From the NCBI GenBank assembly GCA_002104905.1, contig MCFE01000008.1, forward strand, positions 62,001 to 126,000: 64,000 bases of DNA. Direction: 5' to 3'. Position numbers and translations under genes: made by a program. The notes under the pieces are model-generated. The model was not told where the DNA came from. It saw only the letters and a list, made by a program, of their open reading frames with translations, and made no database searches. Below are positions 41,101 through 51,919 of this stretch, in pieces. This DNA is from Basidiobolus meristosporus CBS 931.73. Lineage: Eukaryota > Fungi > Basidiobolomycota. Position 1 is the stretch's first letter; every line of letters begins with the position of its first letter.

Positions 41101-43411
41101 TTCTAAGGGTCTAAGGTTACTCCTGTGCTAGTCACTATGTGTCCCAGATATCCAATGTGTTCCTTGCAGAATTCACACTTGGGTAGCTTGCCATAAAGCT
41201 TGTTCTCTCTTAGCTTCTTTAAGACCTTTTCAATGTGCACCAAGTGATCCTCTTCTGTCTTGCTGTATATCAGTATATAATCTAGGTAGATTATGACAAA
41301 CTTGTCCAAGTACTCCTGGAAGACAGTCTGCATCAGGGTCATGAAAGTAGCAGGGGCATTAGTGAGGCCAAAACTCATGATTAAGTACTTGTAATGTCCA
41401 TATCTGGTCCTGAATGCTGTCTTAGGGATGTCTTCTGGCTTCACCCTAATCTGGTTGTATCCTGACATGAGGTCAATCTTGCTGAAAATAGTGGCTCCAT
41501 TAAGTTGGTCCAAAAGCTCATCAATCCAAGGTATGGGGTACTTATTCTTGACAGTAACTGACTTCAGGGCTCTGTAGTCAATGCACATCCTAAGTGTTCC
41601 ATCCTTCTTTTTACACAAAAAGCACTGGTGCTCCCCAAGATGACTTGCTGGGTCTGATGGATCCTTGTTCCAATTGCTAATCAATTTGTCTCTTCATTTT
41701 CTCCAATTCCAATGGACTCATTCTGTAAGGTGTCTTGCTCACTGGAGGGCTATCTCCTGTGTCAATGGCATGATCCACATCTCTGACTGGTGGTAAGCTT
41801 ACAAGCTCATCTGGAAACATATCTGAATATTTCTTCAAGAGAGTCTGGACCTGTTGGGGTGCTGGGGTAGCAGAATCCTCCTGTAATACTGCCATGAGGA
41901 ACATCTGGGTACCTTTTCTAAGCGCTCTACAGAACTGGGTCTTGCTAAGTTCACTTGTCTCACACATACTGGAATTGACCAAGTAGAAATACAGCCTGGC
42001 AGGCAATAGCTTATAGGTCTTGTTGTCTTTTTGGATCTGAGTAGCATGGGTTCTCCAGTTGATTGATGGATTACAACAAAATAGCCAGGTTTTTCCAAGT
42101 ACAAGGTCAAACTTGCAGTTCCCAAATATATAAGCCTGTAGTTCTTCTTCATAGTCATTGATCTTCATTCTTACTGGCTGAGTAATACAGTTGATTATGT
42201 GAGAGTTCCCATCAGCTGTTGAGACTGAAGTTGATTTGGTAGGTTCTGAGTTGATTCCAGCTTTCAGAGCAAATTGCTCTGAAATGTACTCATGCAATGC
42301 TCCTGAGTCAATCATGATCTTGGGAGGTACTCCATTGATCACTCCATTCAAGTATAATAGCTTTCCTGAGTTTGAGGTCATATGGGATAGGCATTCTTCT
42401 GTCATGTGGAAGGTGAGTTCTGAGTCTTCTTTAAGTTCATCCTCCATGTTACTATGCTCCATGGCCTCAATACGGTTAAAGGTTCTTGATGGCTGGTGTC
42501 CCTTTCTTCTCTGAGGGCAGTACTTTGCAATATGTCCTTGCTGGTGGCAATTGAAGCAAAGTCCTTTCTTCTTACATTCTTCTGAGGTAGGATTCTTCTG
42601 CATAGCATCTATTTTCATTGGCACTGCTTCTGATTGTTGTTTTACATAGTGATTTTAGCCTTTCTGATTAGTCACTGTAGGCTTCCCAACTCCAAGCATA
42701 GCTGAGTCATAGTCAATGGCAATCTGGATGGCTTCTTCGATAGTCTGAGGTCTTCAATAATTCACTTCCTTGCAAGTTCTTTCTTTCAACCCATCAATAA
42801 AGTATTCAACTTGATCCAGGGGGTCCATTCTTTCAATTTGTCCAAGTAGACATCTGTACTCATAGATGTATTCTTGAACCATTCCTTTTTGTCTGAGTGT
42901 CTTTAACTTCCTTCTCAGTAGTGTCTGTTGGTGTGGAGGTTCAAAAGCATCCTGAATTTCCAACACAAACTCATCCCAGGTAGAGATTGTAGAGCATCCC
43001 ATTGTAGTGGCTGACCTGATCTTGTTGTGGTACCACTGTAAAGCTGCATCTGCCAGGTAAGAAGCTGCATAATGCAACTTGCTCTCTGGAGCAATTCCTT
43101 TGGCTTTAAAAGCTTCTTCAATCTGAAAGAGCCAAGTTCCCAGGTTTTCATTGACTCTGCCATGGTACTGGTTGACCTTCACACTAAAGTTGCTCCTGAC
43201 AGGGCTTTGCTGGCTCTGAGCCATGGTTGTCATTCCTTGTTGCTGTTGGCTGAGGATCTGGAGTAACTGTTGCTGTTGGGCCAGGATTTGCGGCATGGGA
43301 TTCTTCTATTCTTGATTGTCCGACATCTTGAGGGTGGTTTCTTCTTTTTTCAGGAGGGAGGTTTCTGGTTATTGCTGCTACCAATGTTACAAGTCTTGGT
43401 ATAAGAGTTGT

Positions 43412-44626
43412 GGTAATGGAAAGTATTCCATTACTACAATATCTCTAAACCAATATTGCACTCATTTCCTTATTTTGCTTTTGCTATTGTAACACACAAG
43501 TGAAAGATCAAGAATTTCCAACTTTGAAGAACAAATGCTCCAGACCCTGACAAGCAATCCACCCAACAATATTACGTCATACAGAACAAGTAGTAGCCAA
43601 CACATGTTTCAAATTACAGCTCATTTGAAGCAGTACTTAAGGAGTTACGACCACAAGAGTCCAATTATTATATATACTATGCCTTATTGCTAGGATTACT
43701 AGGGTGACTTTGATTGCATGTAACTTTCGAACCAGCCAATCAAATCACGTGTATTTTTCACAGGTGCTGCACCTATGTCCGATCTGCGCCACTGCAAAAT
43801 TTTAGCTTTGTATCATGTGTATTGCTTGCGCAATTGCCCAAAAGCTTTGATCCTTCAAAATTTTCATAAATATGACTTCCCCAGCTGAAAAATAAAAGGG
43901 AGCCTCTCTTTCCAGAATCTCCACACTATGATTACAAGTTAAGAGGTTATAAGACTTCCCATGCATCACTTGCACTGTTGAGTATTCTGACTTTGATCAG
44001 TACTACATGAGAAAGAGACTGCAAAGCTCACAAGAATCCAATCTAAGTTCTACAAGAAACTACCACTTTTCTGTTGGAAAAGTCCCTTCTAACAAATCCC
44101 TTTAGACACCCCTTTAGTCTAAAGACCCCTTTAGAGACCCCTTTAGGAAACCCCTTTACTCTAAAGAAGCCCCTTTAGGCACCTCTTTAGTGTAAAGTCC
44201 ACTTTAGAGACCACTACAAGAAGCCCCTTTACTCTAAAGACACCCCTTTAGGCACCCCTTTAGGTCTAAAGACCCCTTTAGAGACTTCTACAACACACCC
44301 CTTTAGGTTAAAGGGGAGTTCAGAATTTCCATGTTAGGAAATATTTTCTCAGAAAGGAAAGTGACTTCCAAATAAGGAAAAGTTATATAAAAGTAAATAA
44401 TCCCATTGGTCAACAGAAGGTCAGAACACTTCTGTAGAAGTGATAAACACTGCCTACAGTATATTTGTGCCTAAGATTGAGGAAATTAGTGAAAGTTATA
44501 TCTTCTATTGGTATATCAAACTCCCAATAAAATACATCAGTATTAGCATACTGAAAGTTGTTGTATATTGTTGATTAGCCTCTATATTGTAGAAAAAGCC
44601 CCAAACTAATCATAATACAACGCAAC
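43412..44626. mobile_element. 1215-bp non-coding insertion with 8-bp TSD AGAGTTGT and no terminal inverted repeats
   Basis: AGAGTTGT at 43404-43411 and 44627-44634 brackets the insert exactly where the intact LTR has one copy. No ORF of 60 aa or more lies inside it in the track. Confidence 0.75.
44098..44316. repeat. CCCCTTTA minisatellite-like array with embedded CTTTA-N3/4-TAAAG palindromes
   Basis: 10 exact CCCCTTTA plus 3 variants, a ~73-bp higher-order duplication (44151 vs 44224), and a terminal CCCCTTTA-GGT-TAAAGGGG. Confidence 0.9.
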
Positions 44627-45144
44627 AGAGTTGTGAAGGAATAGGGAGTTTAGCTAGTATTGTATTCACTAAAACTTGAACTGATTTTTATTGAGGTTCC
44701 AACAGCTCCTTAAATACACTATGCCAGATCAATTGCTGATTAATTGTATTTCCTAATGTAGGTTGTGGCTGATGACTCATTTGATTGCATCATCATCACC
44801 CAATAAGATCCTACTTAATATATCTATTTCTGTCTGATAAGGATCTGCTGATTCATTTGCTGACTAATGCTACTGATTTGATAGATTATACTGATATATT
44901 GATAACCTAAACAAATATTAATTGATTTGACTAAAAACTGATCAAACTTAAACATTCAAGCGGCAGATTATAACACATGTGAGATTGTGCCATAGTGTGT
45001 GAGAAAGTCCCACATGGTGCAACATTGTCAAAGAGCAATCCTGCCTACTGGTAGTTATAATAATGTGCCCAATAATTCTTAAAGACAGCAGATTGTACAA
45101 CATGCCCAGGCACAGTACAATGGAACAAGTCTATTACTTATATC

Positions 45145-46853
45145 AAAAATTTAGTGATCACTGATTTGCAATGGCTCTACTTGGATTGCAAAAAAATGGT
45201 TTATTTGGATTATGATGACTAATAGGAATTCAATGCATTTGCATCATATTCTCCTAGGTTTTTTTCTCACAGGGATTACCACTGAAGCGGTTGGTAGTAG
45301 CTCACTCTGCACACCTAAACTACTTTATTGTTGACTACCATCTTGGCTACTTTTGTATCTTTAGTCAGAATTATTCCTCCTAGTTGATGAGTGCAATGCT
45401 GCAGTGTGGCTGCAGTGGATTGCTCCAGAAAATGTTACTGAGCCAGCTTGAACAGCCACACACTGATGTCTTCTTTTACTTGCCAAAGGTTTTGATAGTG
45501 GAGGAACTTTATGTGGGTCATGATCAGTCAGTTTACCAGAAGGAACTTACCAATGGTGAGGTGTAACTGCATGCTCAGGTGTAACTTGATGCATTGACAT
45601 GGCTCTTGGCTGAGTTCAATGGGATTCCACTGGTTGACACAACTCAGCCTGCTCCAATCAACTTGTGTCCAAATGAGCAGCTTGGCAAGTTCTGGTAGTT
45701 TTGCTCTGAAGTACACATTGACTGAATATGGGGGTGCTCTTGTGAAAGGTGTTTGGTCAGATTGGACTGATACGTGCTGGCATGTTGATTTTCTAATCAA
45801 GTTCTTCCATCTCTATTCACTCTCTGAGGTGTCCAGTTCTGCTAGATCAATGAGTAGGGCCCAAGTACCCATATAAGAGCTCACCCAAGACACTTGGGCC
45901 AAGCTAAAATCAGTTGGCAAGAGCTCAAACCAATCCAACATTGAATTTGCTGGTCCAAACCATGCTTGTGAGCTAGGGGATAGATTTTTCTGGGTTGTAC
46001 CAAAATAAATTGATTACCAAGTCATTGTTTGAGGATGAAATTTGCAACATAATGATGACACATATGGCAATTGATCAGGACTTAATCAAAGTGCATGGAA
46101 AATCGGATAAATAAAGCTGATTGTGCCTAATCAATTCATATTATTTCTGCCCAATCACCCACCAATTTAATATAACCTGCTCATCTGAATGGTCCTTTCT
46201 CATCAATCCCATTACTACCACTAGATTTCCTTTTGACACACTAGAGGAGATCTATTCCAAGTACTGTGGACCATCTACCCCAATCTAATCAAGGAGATCC
46301 CTTGTTAAGCTTCTCTGCTATTACAAGAGCCATTGCCCTACAAGGATTCATCCCACCATCCATTGAAACAAAAGTCCAAGAAGCTTTTATTCCCAGCTGA
46401 CAGCAATGGAGAACCACCTTGCAGAGTGTATGAATGACTCAGAGCAAGCTTGGAATACTAGGTTCAGAAGCTCCAATAGACTTCCATATCCTAGAGTGTT
46501 CATCAATGGTTCCACATCACAAGTATTTTGGATACCTTCCCTCTCAGGATCAACAGACCTTTTAGAGGTCAGAGGCAATTTATTCTGGCAAGTACAAGGC
46601 ACATTGTGTCAAGTTTCCAGCACTTTCTAACATTGAGCTTAACATCTTCTGGTTTGATGGGCCATTTGCTGGAACTGGGAATGACAAAGCACTCTGGGTA
46701 GAAAATCATTCTGCACTCAGTAGAGGGGAGAAATGAATGGCAGACTTAGCTTATACAGGAGAGGATTGTCAGATATTAGGATATATTAGAGCTTATAGGT
46801 AACCAAGGAATGATGTGCTTAGCAGGAAGCAGAACCTCCACAATGAGATATTT
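45145..46853 (-). repeat. Unclassified repeat, copy B (inverted, ~500-bp internal deletion relative to copy A)
   Basis: Reverse complement matches 30726-31920 and 32430-33110, e.g. gcttggaatactagg/tcagaagctccaatagacttccatatc and ggcaagttctggtagttttgctctgaagt. Confidence 0.8.
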
Positions 46854-46854
46854 G

Positions 46855-47825
46855 ATCATAGACAAGGCTAGCACTACGCGGCACTCTCCAGCAGAACAAG
46901 TCTATTGTCAAGAAATACCAATCAAGATGGTATTCATGGGTGATAAGAGAACACTTGAAGCAATAGGAGAAGGAACTATCCCAGTAAACTCCAGATTCAG
47001 TAAAGGAAGCCATACACTTACCATCAATGAAGTACTCTATGTACTAGATATAGCCAGTATCCTACTACCTATAAGCAAGGCAACTACAGAAAGACTCAGT
47101 TTCAGCTTTAACAATTCTGGAAGCAGGAATACTGATCAAAATGGTTCCAATATTGCTTTGAGTATCATAAATCATAGTCTGTATAAGTTGACCTTTATTC
47201 CATCATATCTGGAAGCCCACATAAATAACTTAAATGAAGAAACACAAATGCTTTGGCACAGAAGATTTGGGTACATTGATTTTGATTATTTGTGCAAAAT
47301 GATTAAAAATCAGCTAGTTTCCAAAGTAAAAAATGACCCTCCAGCTAATTTGGAGCACTGTGAATCCTGAATATATGGGAAACAAGCCAGACAGCTGTTT
47401 GCAAGCTCTGTGCAAATCCAAACTAACAAAAAATTGGATCTAATTCACTCTCATATGTCTGAATCTATGCAAAATTTATCCTACACTGGATGTAATATTC
47501 AATCACTTTTATTGATATATTTACAAGATATATATGTGGCTGCTTGATGGAGAGAAAAGAAGAATCTCTGTCTAAGCTCAGAGAGTTCAAATTCATGGTG
47601 GAGAGAGAAACTGGTGGAAAAATCAAGAAAATAGGCTGTGACAATGGTCAAGAATACACCTTAAAACTCTTCATCCACTTTTAAAAAAATAATGGGGCAA
47701 GAGACAGCCGCACCATACACCCAACAGCAAAATGAAATAGTAGAATGTGCACATAGATTACAAATTGATATGATGAGATGTATGATCCATAATCAAAAAT
47801 CACCCTATGATTTCTGGGTGGAATC
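46855..47825 (+). mobile_element. Degenerate copia protease-integrase fragment
   Basis: QEIPIKMVFMGDKRTLEAIGEG, MLWHRRFGYIDF, DPPANLEHCE; collinear with 35100-36040. Confidence 0.9.
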
Positions 47826-48169
47826 TCTGCTTGATAGCAAAGCTTCTGGAACCTATGTGAACATGGATGGTTGGATTAAACCTTATGTAGCCATAGTGTT
47901 GAGTGTTAGACAATTTGGTATCATTCAACAGCTAAAAATATGCTCATCAACTCTGGACTAGTCTTAGTCATTGTAGGACTCATTTGCACCCCCAACTTTG
48001 CCGTTTTCTTACAGATCAATGACCCTGTAATTATTCCCCTATAGTCAGGATCAAGTTAACGCTTTACTAAACAGTATGTATTAGCCCTGAAACTGTTACA
48101 GTATGCTCCTGAATGCTGAGAAACTCTGCGTAAACAGTGCTTAGAGATATTTTAGCACCACTCACTATC

Positions 48170-49825
48170 CTAACAGTGCTGGATATCTCTGAAAGTCAAC
48201 ACTGATTGTAAAACTTGAGCAGAAAACTGTGGCAGGTGTTCTACATGAAGAGGTCTGTAGATGCATATAAGTAGGCAAATAACAAGACAAGCATTGAACT
48301 CAAGAATGACTTGAGAGTGACAAGATTTTGCAAGGAAGCTGCATGCAAGCAGTTCCATGCACAATTTGCACAGCAGACACCAGGCACATCTGCTTGTGTC
48401 TCAATTTTGGGAACTAAAAAGATTTTGAATGAGTTTTTGCCTCAAATAACTAGTGCACTGTGCAATATATTATTAGAGCTAAGTGGTTCTAACAGCAATT
48501 TACACAGAACTCATCAAGGCAACAGTTGAAAAATGTCAGACAGAGCATAAGTAAAACCCCCAGGAATTAGAAGAAAAGCTACAGGAGGAAGAATGCAGAC
48601 CACAGGCAACTGCACCTAGATATTGCCAGCATAGCTGGCTGGATTCCTTACCATCCTTTGCAGTGCCAGCATGCTGGTGCACATCAGTCCAATCAATGTC
48701 AACACCTGCTACAAGAGCACCATGTACCAAGTTGATATGTGTTGTGTAAATTGATGTGGTTCAGAGCAAAAATACCAGAACTTTCCAAGCTGCTCAGTTA
48801 GGCACAAGTCCATTGGAGTGGACTAAGTTGCAATCACATGTAGTGTTGCATTAGACTCAGCAAAGGGCCATGCTTATGCAATGAGTAGAGCCTTCAAATG
48901 CTATTGGACATCTGTGTTATGATGCACTTTGGGCTGGTTTCATAACATCAATTGTAGCAAATCAATATGGCCAAGCTCCTTACTGCAATCATCAACCAGG
49001 AGGCAATATATTGACTACCAGTGCATAAGTAGCCAAGATGATAGCCAACAGCAAAGTAGTTTTGATATGCTAAGTGCAATACTACTAAATGCATCAGTTT
49101 TAATCCCTGTGAGAAGAAAACCTAGGAGAAAAAGTTTCAGTCGCTTTCAATTGAAAATATTTGTCATGATCTAAATAATATCCTTTTTTTGGCTATATGA
49201 GTCTTTTGTTGTAAACCAGTGATCACTAAGTCTATGATTTACATAGTATCAATATTGTCTCAAAATATTGGACAGAGACCCTAAAAATAAACACTCTGCA
49301 CATTTATACATCATCTGTAACATTAGTGCTGCTATTTGATATGTTTTGCACCCACCCAATTAGTTGTGTACTAGCTATGACACATGGTCCAATCTCTAAA
49401 ATTAGGGATTTATTTGCTCATTGTACAAAACAGAGTATATGATGGCAAATCCAATAGCTTGTGTATTGGTTAATGAGCCTGTAGGAGGCTCAAATCTTCA
49501 GGATACTTCAGATCAATCAATCACTATCATTCCAGCAGGTTGGAGTGATGATTATGAAGATGAGGTATTTGTGCAGTTTGTAGTGAGATATGTATTTGTA
49601 TTTATTGACAACAAAGCAACATATCCTAATACTGGATTTTACCTACCACAATAGTGATATGCAGTTGTGCATATGATTCAAACACTACAAGTGGGCACAA
49701 TTATCCATGCTAATCTCATCATGTCTGATTGTGCCATGGTGTGCATGATTGTCCTACATAGGGCAAAATTGTCAAGAGCAATCCTACCTACCGGTAGTAC
49801 AACATCATGCCCAATTGCTTATATA
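48170..49825 (+). repeat. Unclassified repeat, copy C (direct orientation)
   Basis: Collinear with 31960-33690, e.g. cagttccatgcrcaatttgcacag, aaagcctaggag/aaacctaggag, gtcaagagcaatcct. Confidence 0.8.
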
Positions 49826-49834
49826 TCCAGTGTG

Positions 49835-50720
49835 GTACATACAAGTGAGCTTGGCAAGACAAAGTTCTGCAGTGCACTAAGGGAACATACCCAGATGTTT
49901 CTCCTGGCAGTATTAATGGATAATTCCCCTACTCTGGTTATCTAGGAAGACCAGACCCTCTGCAGGTATAATTAGATGTGTTTCCAGAGGAACCTCTAAG
50001 CCTATCACCAGTCAGATATGTGGATCATGCCATTGACACAGGAGATGGCCCCCCCCCAGTAGTCAAAATATCTTACAGCATAAGTCCTTTGGAGTTAAAA
50101 GTGATTAAGAGACAAATAGAGCAATTATTGGAGCAAGGATACATTGGGCCTAGCACGTCACCTTAGGGAGCACCAGTACTTTTTGTAAAAAAGAGGGATG
50201 GAACACTTAGAATGTGCATTGACAACAGAGCCCTTAACTCAGTTACTGTGAGGAATGAATACCCCATTCCCAGGATTGATGGGCATTTTGACCAGCTCAA
50301 TGAAGCTGCTTTATTCAGCAAGATTGACCTTGGGTCAGGATACAACCAGATAAGGGTGATGCAAGATGGTATCCTGATAATTGCATATAGGACCAGAAAT
50401 GGACATTACAAGTACTTGGTTATTAGTTTTGGCCTTACTAATGCCACTGCAACATTCATGGTCTTGATGCAAACAGCCTTCTAGGAGTACTTAAACATGT
50501 TTGTGATAATCTACCAAGATGACATATTCCTGTACAGCAATTTAAAAGAGGACTACTTGGTGCACATTGAAAAGGTCATGAAAAAGCTAAGTGAGAACAA
50601 GCTATATGGCAAGCTAGCAAAGTGCGAGTCCATCAAGGGATGCATTGAGTATTAGGGACACAGTGACTAGCACAGAAGCAACATTAGACCCCAAGAAAGT
50701 GGCACTCAACAAGAATCTGA
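49835..50720 (+). mobile_element. Degenerate Ty3 family-B pol fragment (post-protease to mid-RT)
   Basis: [50 protein letters not shown]. Confidence 0.85.
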
Positions 50721-50754
50721 AGTAGTCCCATTGGTAATGCCAAAATTCATTACT

Positions 50755-51919
50755 ACCTACATGTAATGTCCATATCTGGTCCTGAATACTGTCTTAGGGA
50801 CGTCTTCTGGTTTCACCCTAATCTAGTTGCATCCTGACATGAGGTCAATCCTGAAGAGTATGGTAGCTCCATTGAGTTGGTCCAAGAGCTCATCAATCCA
50901 AGGAATGTGGTTCTTATTCCTCATGGTAACTGAGTTGAGGGCTTAGTAGTCAGTGCACATCCTAAGTGTTCCATCCTTCTTTGTTACAAAAAATACTGGT
51001 GCTCCCCAAGGTGGCTTGCTAGGTCTAATGTATCCTTGCTCCAATAACTGATCTATTCATCTCTTTATCTCTTCCAACTCCAATGGCTGCATTCTATAAG
51101 GAGTCTTACCCACTGGAGGGTCATCTCCTATGTCAATGGCATGATCCACATCTCTGAATGGTGGTAGGATTACTAGTTCATCTGGAAACAGGTAAAAATA
51201 CTCCTTCAAAAGAGTCTGGACCTTCTGGAGTGCTGGAGTAAAGGAATCCTCCTGTGATACTGCAAATGAGGAACATCTGGGTAGCTTTCTAAGTGCACTA
51301 CTGAACTGTATCTTGCTTAGTTTACTTGTATTCACAAAGCTGAAATCCAGTCTGGCAGGTAATAGCTCACAGGTCTTATTGTCCTACTGGATCTGAGTAG
51401 AATGGGTTCTCCAGTTGAATGAGGGATTACAACAAAATAGTCAGGTTTTTCCAGGTACAAGGTCAAATTTGCAATTCCCAAATATAAAGGCTTGTAGGTC
51501 TTCTTCATCGTCGTTGATCTTGATTCTCATTGGCTGAGTAATATGGTTGATTATGTCAGAGTTCCCATCAGCTGTCAAGACTGAACTTGATTTGGTGGGT
51601 TCCAAGTTGATTCCAGCTTTCAAGGCAAACTGCTTTGACATGTACTCATGTGATGCTTCTAAGTCAATCATGATCTTGGCAGGTACTTCATTGATTACTC
51701 CATTCATATACAAAGCTATCCTGAGTTTGAGGTCATTTTGGACAGGTATTCTTCTGTCATATTGAGGGTGGGTTATGAGTCTTCTTCAAGCTCATCCTCA
51801 ATGTTAATATGCTCAAGGGCTTTAATATGCTTGAAGGTTCTTAATGACTGATGTCCATTTTTTCTCCTTGGGCAGTACTCCGCAATATGTCTTTGCTGGT
51901 GGCAATTAAAGCAAAGTCC
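50755..51919 (-). mobile_element. Degenerate Ty3 family-B fragment (zinc knuckle to RT start), cut by the LTR at 51920
   Basis: Reverse-complement match to 54960-56130 (KIMIDL, DLVPGKTW, VDHAIDIGD, PWIDEL). Confidence 0.85.

Larger units (their letters stand above)
38811..44975 (-). mobile_element. Ty3/gypsy LTR retrotransposon family B, minus-strand copy, pseudogenised; 5' LTR split by a 1.2-kb insertion
   Basis: 3' LTR 38811-39182; 5' LTR 43385-43411 + 44635-44975; PBS TGGTAGCAG. Contains gag, CFNCHQQGHIAKYC knuckle, IDSGA protease, RT, RNase H and integrase (RPFERWGIDL...GPF). No matching TSD. Confidence 0.93.

Noticed and set aside
43700-43712. TAGGGTGAC, a hAT-like terminus
   Set aside because: No GTCACCCTA partner was found in the insert.
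44212-44222. CACTACAAGAA, matching a plant CACTA TIR start
   Set aside because: It lies inside the array, has no inverted partner, and its repeat-unit counterpart reads TTCTACAAC.
44098-44316. Possible CRISPR array or true telomere
   Set aside because: Units are 8 bp with 3-17 bp related spacers, the array is internal and degenerate, and the context is eukaryotic.
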